NCBI GenBank assembly: GCA_902634325.1
Contig: CACPJP010000001.1
Span: 30,656-94,655, forward strand
From: an uncultured Pelagibacteraceae bacterium
Lineage (GTDB): Bacteria > Pseudomonadota > Alphaproteobacteria > Pelagibacterales > Pelagibacteraceae
Direction of reading: 5' to 3'
DNA: 64,000 bases
Positions 48,580 through 58,832 of the stretch are shown one piece after another. Each line of letters begins with the position of its first letter. Within the stretch, counting starts at the first letter, position 1. Position numbers and translations under genes: made by a program. The notes under the pieces are model-generated. The model was not told the DNA's origin. It saw only the letters and a list, made by a program, of their open reading frames with translations, and did no database searches.

Positions 48580-48873
48580 ATGAAATTTAGACCTTTGCAC
48601 GATAGAGTTTTGATCAAAGTGCTTGATGGCGAGGAAAAAACCAAGGGTGGTATAATTATACCAGACACAGCTAAAGAAAAACCTCAAGAAGGAGAGGTTG
48701 TTGCTGTTGGTCCTGGAGCCAAAACTGAAGATGGAAAAATCATAAAAATGGATGTTAAAATTGGAGACCGAGTCTTGTTTGGAAAGTGGTCCGGGACTGA
48801 AGTAAAAATAGATGGAAAAGAATATAACATAATGAAGGAATCAGACATTATGGGAGTTTCAAAAGGTAAATAA
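48580..48873 (+). CDS. groES: Co-chaperonin GroES
   Basis: [13 protein letters not shown]...[22 protein letters not shown]. Confidence 0.97.
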   Translation: MKFRPLHDRVLIKVLDGEEKTKGGIIIPDTAKEKPQEGEVVAVGPGAKTEDGKIIKMDVKIGDRVLFGKWSGTEVKIDGKEYNIMKESDIMGVSKGK

Positions 48874-48894
48874 ATTATTTAAAAGGAGATCTAA

Positions 48895-50547
<1,653 letters not shown>

Positions 50548-50599
50548 TACGATTCCCCGACCAGAACACTCTAAAAACATACACTAAACAAAATTAGAA

Positions 50600-50631
50600 C
50601 CCTCGGAATGAAAGTTTCGGGGGTTTTTTTT
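50600..50631 (+). terminator. Rho-independent terminator after groEL (possibly bidirectional)
   Basis: CCCTCGGAA-TGAAAG-TTTCGGGGG (9 bp, two G:U pairs) followed by T8. The T-run overlaps the stop codon of the convergent gene. Confidence 0.75.
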
Positions 50632-51259
50632 AAAATTTACTCTCGCAAATAAAATCAACTAACTGAAAACCGCTGACCTCAGTAGGTAATATTTTTAAGT
50701 TTTTTCTATCATATTCCATAGGTTGAATAACAACTGAAAATTTATCAGACCCTAAAGTTATCTTTGAGACATACGAAAATGCTTCTGTTTTGAATTTAGT
50801 TTCCTTAGTTTTTTCATCAATTTCTGGATAACTCCAAACATTTCTTGATTCAAAAAACAAATCATCATTACGAACATTCGTAGGTTCTTCAGTTTGAGGA
50901 TTAAAACTTAATATAAATAATGCTTGATCTATTTGAACTGGTTTTTCTGGTAGTAAATTTTTTTTTTTAAGTTCAGTTCTTTCTTTGATATGTTCGTGTA
51001 TATAAGTTAATGGTATTAATTCTCCCATTGTTGGCAAAAGATAAGTAAAATCATAATCGTAATTGTTAATAAATTTAATTGTTTTGTTATCAACATTGAA
51101 ATCAATATCTATTTTTTTTCCAATAAGTGATTTATTCAATGAGTCAGAAGCAAAATGTGAGTAACCTTCATGCAGACTACAAGTGATTTTTTTTTCCATA
51201 GCAAAACCAACATTATTAAACATCAAAACCAGAAAGATGTATAGAGATAGTGTTTTCAT
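50630..51259 (-). CDS. Hypothetical secreted protein
   Basis: Starts at ATG 51259: MKTLSLYIFLVLMFNNVGFA signal peptide. The mature part has no motif I recognise. Confidence 0.45.
   Translation of the reverse strand: MKTLSLYIFLVLMFNNVGFAMEKKITCSLHEGYSHFASDSLNKSLIGKKIDIDFNVDNKTIKFINNYDYDFTYLLPTMGELIPLTYIHEHIKERTELKKKNLLPEKPVQIDQALFILSFNPQTEEPTNVRNDDLFFESRNVWSYPEIDEKTKETKFKTEAFSYVSKITLGSDKFSVVIQPMEYDRKNLKILPTEVSGFQLVDFICESKF
51201..51259 (-). repeat. Signal-peptide DNA cassette, copy A
   Basis: 59 nt, 49/59 identical to 51827-51885. The core 39 nt (51221-51259) is 36/39 identical. Confidence 0.7.
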
Positions 51260-51279
51260 CAAAACCAACTTAAACCCGT

Positions 51280-51885
51280 TTATTTAACAGTTATTGCGTC
51301 AGCATATTCTCTTGTCAAAACATTGATTTTTAGATTGTCTTCTCCAAACATATCATTTTCTGGAGAGGTTCCATAATGGTAACAAAGTACAGAAGCAGTA
51401 TTTGATTTTATTGTTTGAAAATTTGGATGTTCAAAAATTATTGGTCTCCATTTGGCGTTTAAACCATATTTATCAGAAAAATCTTGTATGGGGAGAACTT
51501 CTTTTTTAATTTTAAAAATTTTTTCATATTTATTTGCATATTGATTTTGTTTTTTTATACAAGCGTCAAAATCAGTTTTAAACCATATTAATGCAGTAAT
51601 GCCTACAATTGGAAAAATTTCATCATTAACATCAATTGTTAGATAATATTCATCAAACTCTAAATTTTGGTAAATAGAAGCATCTGGAATATATTTAATC
51701 ATTACATATTGTTTTACATCATCTCTTCTATTTACAATATTTTCGGTCACCTGATCAACGGTCATAACTTCTAAAATACTTTTTCCTAATTTTGCACTTC
51801 CTATTTCAAATTCCGAAATAGCATCTGCATACCCAACATTGCGCCACATCAAAACCAGAAAGACGTATAGAAATAGTTTTTTCAT
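51280..51885 (-). CDS. Hypothetical secreted protein
   Basis: MKKLFLYVFLVLMWRNVGYA signal peptide. The mature part is unrelated to its neighbour and has no recognisable motif. Confidence 0.45.
   Translation of the reverse strand: MKKLFLYVFLVLMWRNVGYADAISEFEIGSAKLGKSILEVMTVDQVTENIVNRRDDVKQYVMIKYIPDASIYQNLEFDEYYLTIDVNDEIFPIVGITALIWFKTDFDACIKKQNQYANKYEKIFKIKKEVLPIQDFSDKYGLNAKWRPIIFEHPNFQTIKSNTASVLCYHYGTSPENDMFGEDNLKINVLTREYADAITVK
51827..51885 (-). repeat. Signal-peptide DNA cassette, copy B
   Basis: See copy A. catcaaaaccagaaagaYgtatagaRatagtKttttcat is shared by both genes. Confidence 0.7.
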
Positions 51886-52025
51886 TAGAAATTATCTCGT
51901 ATCCAATTTATAACTTTTTTTGAATATTTATTTTTTATCGGTTGATGAATATCAAACCAAAGTTTTTTATGACACTGGAGTCCGCTTGTAATTTTACTTT
52001 TAGTTAAAGCATCATATTTCTTCAT
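51885..52025 (-). pseudogene. 46-codon stub resembling the N-terminus of a DUF2779/PD-(D/E)XK nuclease-family protein
   Basis: Manual translation gives MKKYDALTKSKITSGLQCHKKLWFDIHQPIKNKYSKKVINWIRDNF. The L(T/S)KS..xxGLQCxKxLW pattern is how full-length (about 400-500 aa) members of that family begin, as far as I recall. Its TAA shares one nt with the ATG of the next gene. Confidence 0.35.
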
Positions 52026-52271
52026 ACCCAAATTTAACCCCACTCCTCGATGAAGTCATCTTTTGAATTACTTTATAATTGCTTTAAATAGTGATGAAAA
52101 GTGATGAAGGATTTTCGGATATGTTAGATAAATCAATACTTATTCGATGCCAGTATGAGAATGTAAGACCCCAGCAGATGAATTAGAATAAATAATTTAA
52201 ATCTTCTTACCCTTTTTAAAAAATTAAAAGACAAAAAGTAAATCTTCATATATTCTGCACAGCAATAAGAA

Positions 52272-53612
52272 ATGAAGAGATCGTTTATTGTCAAAAATTA
52301 CAATTTAATATCTATTTTATTGATAATTTTATCGATTTTTTTATTTTTTTTGGGTTTCTATTTAGGTGAAAATTCTGCAGGAGCAGGGTCATACAGTGGC
52401 GATTTTTCAAATGTATGGAAAAGTCTTAATACATTTTTAAATCATGGTATTATTGAAGGGATAGGATTAACAGCTGTTAGCGATTCTTATGCTGATGATT
52501 CCACTTTTTATTATTCTAGCCGTACGCCTTTAATCTATATTTTAAACACACTATTTAATCCTTTTGTAAATACCAAGCCAGAGTTTTTGTTAAGTATTTT
52601 TGTTTTTTCTTTAACTCTGCCTGTTCTTTTTTATTATTTTGTTAAAACAAAATTTAAAGAAATCAACCCTATCCTATGTTTATTAATTTCTAGTATTATT
52701 TTGTTTAGCCCATATTTTAGAACTAGCTCTTATTGGGGCTTGGAAGAAAATTATGGTTTAATATCATCGTTAGCTTCTTTTATATTTTTGCAAATAATTT
52801 TTAATGAACCTTTGAAAAAAAATAGTAAAAAGTTAATATTATATTTTTTTTTAATTCTTTTTAGTTCTCTGTGTGTTTATTTTGATCATAAACTGTTGAT
52901 AGTACCCTTGATATGTTTTTTCAGCATACTATTTAAAGAAAAAGATATTAGGTACAAGATTTTTTCTGTTTTTTTATATTTAATTTTATCTCTACCTTTT
53001 ATGTATTTTATTAAAATTTGGGGAGGCATTCTCCCTACAGCTAATTCACCAAGACTAGCGGGTCAAGTTTTACATTTTATACATCCTGGATACGTGATCT
53101 CCATCATTGCTTTTTATTTATTCCCGTTAATTTTTTTTAAAGAAAAAAGAATTGATATAATTATAAAAGAGTTTTTTAAATCTAACTTTAATAAAAATTT
53201 ATTTTTTATATTTATCCTTTATTTAATTTTGCTATTTCTATTTAATGACTTTAGCTCAACTTATTCTTGGCCATACGGAAGAGGAGTAGCAAATAAAATT
53301 GTTATTATTTTATTTAAAAATATTTTAATCCAAGAAATTTTTACTTACTTAATATTTTTATTAAGTTTTTTTGTTTTATTAATCTTTTTTAATGAAAATA
53401 AAAATCATTTAATTTTTATATTATATTTTTTAGTAGCTTCAATTTTTATATTACCGCTTATGCAAGAATATTATGATCCAATTATATTCATATTCATTTT
53501 TGCTTTCTTTTCAAAAAACTTTAAAATAAATTACAAAAGTATATTTTCTTTATATTTTTATTATTTATTTTTTTTAATTTCTGCAAATATTTACTATCAA
53601 AATTTATCTTAA
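52272..53612 (+). CDS. Polytopic membrane protein, GT-C-like (ArnT/GtrC/PMT-type) glycosyltransferase candidate
   Basis: 446 aa with about 11-12 predicted TM helices, extremely AT-rich coding sequence, convergent with a polyprenyl-phosphate GT2. The assignment is by topology and context, not by motif. Confidence 0.4.
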   Translation: MKRSFIVKNYNLISILLIILSIFLFFLGFYLGENSAGAGSYSGDFSNVWKSLNTFLNHGIIEGIGLTAVSDSYADDSTFYYSSRTPLIYILNTLFNPFVNTKPEFLLSIFVFSLTLPVLFYYFVKTKFKEINPILCLLISSIILFSPYFRTSSYWGLEENYGLISSLASFIFLQIIFNEPLKKNSKKLILYFFLILFSSLCVYFDHKLLIVPLICFFSILFKEKDIRYKIFSVFLYLILSLPFMYFIKIWGGILPTANSPRLAGQVLHFIHPGYVISIIAFYLFPLIFFKEKRIDIIIKEFFKSNFNKNLFFIFILYLILLFLFNDFSSTYSWPYGRGVANKIVIILFKNILIQEIFTYLIFLLSFFVLLIFFNENKNHLIFILYFLVASIFILPLMQEYYDPIIFIFIFAFFSKNFKINYKSIFSLYFYYLFFLISANIYYQNLS

Positions 53613-53613
53613 T

Positions 53614-54336
53614 TTAAAAAAACCTTTTAATTATTAAAATCAAAATACCAAAAAACATTTTGATAGGATCAATCAAGATATTTAATTTGCTATAATCTTT
53701 GTGTACCCAAGTAACTGGCAGCTCTTGAATTTGAAATTTATTTTTTTTTAAAATCAAAACTATTGCAAGATCGTGTTCAAATCCAACAACATCCATCTCC
53801 TTGAACAATATTTTGGCTATTTTTGATTTGTAAAGTTTAAAGCCACATTGAGTATCTTTAATTTTTATACCTAAAATAAAGTTCATAATTCGCATTATTA
53901 ACCCTAAAAATTCCCTGTAAAATTTTGAGTTAACTTCAGACTTGGGGTGTTTTCTGGATCCAAAATAAACATTGCAATCTTTGTTAATCAAATTGTCTTT
54001 ATCCCATTTTAAAATTTCCAATAAAGGAACAGAAAAATCTATATCGGTAGTTAACGCCCAATCTAGTTTGGATTCTAGAACTCCTTGTTTGAGTGCATAG
54101 CCCTTGCCTTTATTTTCTTTATAAGAAATCAATTGAAATAAATCATCTTCGGATTTTTTTTGTTTGATATATTCTTCAATTAAATTTTTTGTCTTATCAT
54201 TGCTTCCATCATCTACAAAAATTATTTCTGTTTTAAATTTTTTTTTAGTTAAAAAATTATCGATTTCCTGCAAAGCATTTTGTATTCGTTTTTCTTCATT
54301 GTAAAAAGGTATGATAATTGATAATGATTCAATCAT
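53614..54336 (-). CDS. Family 2 glycosyltransferase, polyprenyl-phosphate sugar synthase type (GtrB/ArnC/DPM1-like)
   Basis: SIIIPFYNEE, FVDDGSNDKT, TDIDFS and DTQCGFKLY motifs, with a C-terminal hydrophobic tail. Confidence 0.85.
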   Translation of the reverse strand: MIESLSIIIPFYNEEKRIQNALQEIDNFLTKKKFKTEIIFVDDGSNDKTKNLIEEYIKQKKSEDDLFQLISYKENKGKGYALKQGVLESKLDWALTTDIDFSVPLLEILKWDKDNLINKDCNVYFGSRKHPKSEVNSKFYREFLGLIMRIMNFILGIKIKDTQCGFKLYKSKIAKILFKEMDVVGFEHDLAIVLILKKNKFQIQELPVTWVHKDYSKLNILIDPIKMFFGILILIIKRFF

Positions 54337-54384
54337 TAGTGAAACTTATAAAAAATAAGTTATAAAAGCTATCTAAAATCAAAA

Positions 54385-55026
54385 ATGATAGAACAGATAT
54401 TAAAATACCCTCTTCTTTATAGAATATATCAAAAGTCAGTGAGAACGCATTATAGTGAATATGATTTTTTTAAATATATTTTTTCAAAATTAGAGGTAAA
54501 GAATATTAGAGTCTTAGATTTATGTTGTGGAGATAGTTATATATTAGATTTTATTAAAGACCACATAAGTGATTATCTGGGAGTAGACAATAGTGATAAA
54601 TATATAAATTTTTCCAAAAAAAAATGGGAAAAATTTAAATTTTTTAAATTAGATTTAAATAAAAATGATTCGATAGAAAAATTTAAGAGTTTTAAACCTA
54701 ATTTTATTTTTATTAATGGAGCAATTCATCATTTAGATGATGGAACAGTTAAAAATATAAATAAATTTATTAATGAATTTAAAGAAAGTATTTTCCTGTC
54801 TGTAGACCCAATATACGATAACAATAAAATTATAAATACCATAATGTTAAAATTTGATAGAGGAAAATATATTAGAACTAAAAATCAATATGAAAATTTA
54901 ATGAAGAATTACAATAATCTTGTTATTGATGATTTTTTTAAAATGAGCTACAAAAATATTTTTCACTATAAGAATTTTGACTTAATAAAACTCTATTATA
55001 ATTTTAAAACTTCTTTAAAAGTATAA
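54385..55026 (+). CDS. Class I SAM-dependent methyltransferase
   Basis: VLDLCCGDSY motif I, plus the GVDNSDKY and FINGAIHHL motifs. Confidence 0.7.
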   Translation: MIEQILKYPLLYRIYQKSVRTHYSEYDFFKYIFSKLEVKNIRVLDLCCGDSYILDFIKDHISDYLGVDNSDKYINFSKKKWEKFKFFKLDLNKNDSIEKFKSFKPNFIFINGAIHHLDDGTVKNINKFINEFKESIFLSVDPIYDNNKIINTIMLKFDRGKYIRTKNQYENLMKNYNNLVIDDFFKMSYKNIFHYKNFDLIKLYYNFKTSLKV

Positions 55027-55028
55027 TA

Positions 55029-55787
55029 TTATTTGTTAAAAAATTTATTAGAGTAAAATTTTAAATAAAAATAAATCAACATTCTTTTTAATTTCCAAAA
55101 TTTAATTTTAGGTGTAACATTTTTTTTAGATGGTATTTTAAATTTTGATATATTTTTTATCCCTAAAATTTTTAAAAAGTCTTCGAAAATACCATTCTCG
55201 ACTCCCAATTTACACTCTAAAGAATAAAAATCACTTTTAAAAAATTTTTCCCATGCTTCACATACCATTTTATAATCCAAAAAGTATTTTGAATTTACAT
55301 ACCAATTTATTGATTTTTTATTTATAGAATAGTGGCCATATTTAAAAACTTTGTCCTTAAATTTAAATACATTTTCAATTTTAGTCCAACTCCTTTGTTT
55401 TAACATTTCTGAATATAAAGAGTAAAAAGAATCACTATCTTTTCTGTAATAAAATATAACAATCACTTTATAGCCAAATTTTTCAATGGTCTCTTTTAAA
55501 AATTTAATTTTATTATGATCATTTGAAAAAGATGAAAAATATTCTGAACTTAAAATTATATCTTCATTGTTATTTATTTTTGAGAAAAAAGCTTCAATTT
55601 CTTTTAAATTCTTTTCATAAAAATTTTTGTACAAGTCCTGATGGTTTATTGTTTCTCCAAACCAATTCTTGTTATAGATGGGATTAATATTGTGCAAATT
55701 TAATGTCTCCCTATTAATATACAAAAACCTTTGTAAAGATGTGCTTCCCGTCTTAAAATTGCCTATGTGTATAAAACATTTTTTCAT
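55029..55787 (-). CDS. Sulfotransferase-like protein
   Basis: The IHIGNFKTGSTSLQ N-terminus resembles the PAPS 5'-phosphosulfate-binding loop (PKxGTTxL). 252 aa. The ATG shares one nt with the hisG stop (TAATG). Confidence 0.5.
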   Translation of the reverse strand: MKKCFIHIGNFKTGSTSLQRFLYINRETLNLHNINPIYNKNWFGETINHQDLYKNFYEKNLKEIEAFFSKINNNEDIILSSEYFSSFSNDHNKIKFLKETIEKFGYKVIVIFYYRKDSDSFYSLYSEMLKQRSWTKIENVFKFKDKVFKYGHYSINKKSINWYVNSKYFLDYKMVCEAWEKFFKSDFYSLECKLGVENGIFEDFLKILGIKNISKFKIPSKKNVTPKIKFWKLKRMLIYFYLKFYSNKFFNK

Positions 55788-56467
55788 TAAAACTTGAGTG
55801 AATTTAAAAATGATTTGATTTTAGCATATCTTTCTTTTGAAAATAGTATACATGCTTGAGATTTTAAAATCATTCCATCCTTAAGAACTCTGAGATTGTT
55901 ATCTTTCAAAGTTTTACCGGTAGAAGTGATATCTGTTATAATTTCTGAAGAACCAATAAAAGGATATGTTTCTGTGGCTCCAAGGCTTGATACTAGTTTG
56001 TATTGTGTAATACCCTTCGAGACAAGAAAATTGTTTGTAAGATTTGGATACTTTGTTGCAACACGTAGTCTAGCATTTTTTTTATCTCTAAAGTCAAAAG
56101 AAACCTCTTCTAAATCAGCAACAGTCTGAACATCTATCCAATCATTTGGAATAGCAATTACAACATTCGCCAAACCAAAATTTAATTTTTTCTTCACTAC
56201 AATTTTTTTCTGCAAATTGATTGTGGATTCCCTTAAAAGATCTAGTCCTGATATTCCAACATCTATAGTCCCGTCACCAAGCCTTTGTATGATTTCTTTT
56301 GCATGAAGATAAATAATTTGTGCATTAGGCAAATTATCTATTTGGGCAAAATAATTTCTCTCACCTCCATTAGAAGTTGGTTTAAAATTATTTGATTCAA
56401 AAAAATTTATTGAGTCTTCTTTTAACCTGCCTTTACTTGGCAAACCTATTTTTATTAAATTTTTCAT
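55787..56467 (-). CDS. hisG: ATP phosphoribosyltransferase, short (HisZ-dependent) form
   Basis: 226 aa. IGLPSKGRL N-terminus, no C-terminal regulatory domain, adjacent to hisZ. Confidence 0.9.
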   Translation of the reverse strand: MKNLIKIGLPSKGRLKEDSINFFESNNFKPTSNGGERNYFAQIDNLPNAQIIYLHAKEIIQRLGDGTIDVGISGLDLLRESTINLQKKIVVKKKLNFGLANVVIAIPNDWIDVQTVADLEEVSFDFRDKKNARLRVATKYPNLTNNFLVSKGITQYKLVSSLGATETYPFIGSSEIITDITSTGKTLKDNNLRVLKDGMILKSQACILFSKERYAKIKSFLNSLKF

Positions 56468-57516
56468 ATTTTTAAATTATTTAAATTAATTGCAGCTCCG
56501 ACCGCTGAAATATTTTTTTTAGATCCTAGGCTTTTCAATAAGCCATCGTATCTTCCACCTCTTGCTATCTCTTTTTTTGAGGAATCGTATATTTCAAAAA
56601 CTATTCCTGTGTAATATTCAATGTCTCTACCAAAGTTTGTAGAAAAAATCACTTTTGAATTTATTTTTGATAGATTCTTTATGGTTGATAGATCTTTAAA
56701 AACACTATTGCCTAAATCATTTTTTTTAACAAAATTTTTTAAAATTTTATCTAATTTGTTAATTGGACAATTAATTTTCAAAAAATCTCTAATGATTTTT
56801 ACAATTTTCTTGTTTTCTCTAAATGATCTTGGGTCTTTTATTTTTCTATCAAATCTAGATAAAATTTCAGAAACCTTACGGCCTGCAATCTCTTTTGTTG
56901 GATCTAGATTTTTCATCTCAGAAAACTTTTTTTTATCTAGCTCAACACCAGCAGGATCTATATCTGAGTTAGTCTCAAGTCTATTAAGTAGATCCTCAAA
57001 GTATTGAGGCCTCCAAAAGTGCCTCGTTAATCTCATTTTCCATCTTTCTGGTATTTTTAAAGATTTTATTAATTTTTGAAATAAACTGACATCACCAAAT
57101 TTGATGGAGGTATTTTTTATTTTTATTTTTTTAATTGAATTGGTAATAGTTTTTAAAACTTTCAAATCATCAATAGATTTATTTTTAGAACCTAAAATCT
57201 CTATTCCTAGCTGGTCATTAATAACTTTGTCTTTTGGACTATTTGACCTTCTGTAGGCTTGGCCCGAGTAAAAAATTTTTGAATTTGCTTTAGAATTATC
57301 TTTTAGGTACTTTATGCAGGAAGCAACCGTCAAATCTGGCCTTAAACAAATACTTTTCCCAGTATCATCTTCAAAAGTAAGCATTAACTTTCTAAAATTT
57401 TCACCTGATCTTTGAATAATATAATCTGAATCTAAAAGAACATCTGGTTCTGACAGGATAAAACCATCTTTCTTAAAAACTTTTATTATATTTTCAGAGT
57501 AATTTTTTGATTTCAT
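56464..57516 (-). CDS. hisZ: ATP phosphoribosyltransferase regulatory subunit (HisRS paralog)
   Basis: Class II aaRS-like core (RPDLTVASCIKY, GGRYDGL) without an anticodon-binding domain. ATGA overlap with hisG. Confidence 0.85.
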   Translation of the reverse strand: MKSKNYSENIIKVFKKDGFILSEPDVLLDSDYIIQRSGENFRKLMLTFEDDTGKSICLRPDLTVASCIKYLKDNSKANSKIFYSGQAYRRSNSPKDKVINDQLGIEILGSKNKSIDDLKVLKTITNSIKKIKIKNTSIKFGDVSLFQKLIKSLKIPERWKMRLTRHFWRPQYFEDLLNRLETNSDIDPAGVELDKKKFSEMKNLDPTKEIAGRKVSEILSRFDRKIKDPRSFRENKKIVKIIRDFLKINCPINKLDKILKNFVKKNDLGNSVFKDLSTIKNLSKINSKVIFSTNFGRDIEYYTGIVFEIYDSSKKEIARGGRYDGLLKSLGSKKNISAVGAAINLNNLKI

Positions 57517-58828
57517 TTGCTAGATCCTCAATTTTAATGGGACTTTCATTGCCAGTTTCAAGATTTTTTAAAGTGGCTCTTCCTGATTTAATTTCATTGT
57601 CCCCATACAAAATAACAGCCGGAGAGCCTATCTTATTTGCATACTCCATTTGTTTTTTTAACTTGCCTTCTCCTGGATAAATCTCAGAGCTGATATTTGA
57701 AGTTCTAAGTTTATTTAATATTTCAATATATTCTTTTATTCTGTTTTTATCGAAAACACATATGATTATTGGTCGTGTAGATTTTATTTTAAAATCTTTT
57801 TTTTGCATCAAAGCAAACACAAGTCTATCAAGACCAATTGATATCCCGGTTGCAGGACAATCAAAATTTCCAAAATTACTCACAAGATTATCATATCTTC
57901 CTCCTCCCCCTATTGATCCAAATTGAATAGCCTGCCCTTTTGAATTTTTTACCTCAAAATTTAAGTTAACCTCAAAGATAGCTCCTGTATAATATTCTAA
58001 TCCTCGTATAACTGATGGATCGAATTTATAATTTTTAAAGTTATAAGCCTGAAATATTTTTGTAATTTCTAACACATCTTCTGTCTCGGGCGTTTTGCTC
58101 TTTAAAACATTTTCGATTATTTTAATCTTGTCGTTTTTAAGATTTGCGCCTTTTGTATAGTCTCCAGATTTATCTTTTCTACCTTCGCCAAGAAGTTTTT
58201 TTGCTTCTGACCAACCAAGTCTATCTATTTTATCAAGTGCACGTAGTATTTTTGATATTTGGTCTTTCGATTTAATTTTTAATTGTTCGAATAATTTATC
58301 TGTAAATTTTCTAGAGGAAATTTTCACAGTGTAATCCGTCTTATCTAATCCACACTTTTCTAATATTTCAGATATTAATACACAAAGTTCTGCATCAGCT
58401 TGTAGATTTTTTGTTCCTACATAGTCTGCATCAAATTGTAAAAATTCTCTAAATCTTCCGGGTCCTGGCTTTTCATTTCTCCAAACTGAGCCCAGTTGGT
58501 AACGTTTAAAAGGTTTTGGTAGTTCAAGATAATTTTTTGCAACATATCGTGCTAGTGGGGCAGTAAGATCGTACCGAAGGGATAACCATTTGTTTTCATC
58601 TTTAAAAGAAAATACTCCGGCATCGGGTCTTTCTTTGTCGGGCAAAAATTTTCCAATACTATCCGTATACTCGAAACTTGGTGTTTCGAGATATTGGAAA
58701 CCGTACTTAATCATAACTTCTTTGATATTAGAAATTACAAAGTCACGGACTAATAGTTCTTTTTCTTGTCTATCTGCAAAACCTAAAGGTAATTCCTTAG
58801 AAGGTTTTGTTTTTTTATTTTTTACCAT
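57494..58828 (-). CDS. hisS: Histidyl-tRNA synthetase
   Basis: RYDLTAPLARYVA, FREFLQFDAD, GGGGRYDNL and a C-terminal anticodon-binding domain. The start is moved to ATG 58828 (MVKNKKTK) because the track ORF reads through tRNA-His. Confidence 0.95.
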   Translation of the reverse strand: MVKNKKTKPSKELPLGFADRQEKELLVRDFVISNIKEVMIKYGFQYLETPSFEYTDSIGKFLPDKERPDAGVFSFKDENKWLSLRYDLTAPLARYVAKNYLELPKPFKRYQLGSVWRNEKPGPGRFREFLQFDADYVGTKNLQADAELCVLISEILEKCGLDKTDYTVKISSRKFTDKLFEQLKIKSKDQISKILRALDKIDRLGWSEAKKLLGEGRKDKSGDYTKGANLKNDKIKIIENVLKSKTPETEDVLEITKIFQAYNFKNYKFDPSVIRGLEYYTGAIFEVNLNFEVKNSKGQAIQFGSIGGGGRYDNLVSNFGNFDCPATGISIGLDRLVFALMQKKDFKIKSTRPIIICVFDKNRIKEYIEILNKLRTSNISSEIYPGEGKLKKQMEYANKIGSPAVILYGDNEIKSGRATLKNLETGNESPIKIEDLANEIKKLL

Positions 58829-58832
58829 TTTT

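Noticed and set aside
48486-48668. 60-aa minus-strand ORF across the groES promoter and start
   Set aside because: It is antisense to groES and its promoter, and its product has no recognisable motif. It is spurious.
52097-52189. 30-codon plus-strand ORF (MKSDEGFSDMLDKSILIRCQYENVRPQQMN) in the long spacer
   Set aside because: It has no recognisable family and no ribosome-binding context. It may be another gene fragment, but I cannot support that.
56621-57007. 128-aa antisense ORF inside hisZ (likewise 58590-58898 in hisS, 61187-61534 in glcB, 15478-15783 in atpF')
   Set aside because: All lie inside genes with clear family motifs and translate to Ser/Phe/Leu-rich low-complexity sequence typical of the antisense of AT-rich, Lys/Glu-rich genes.
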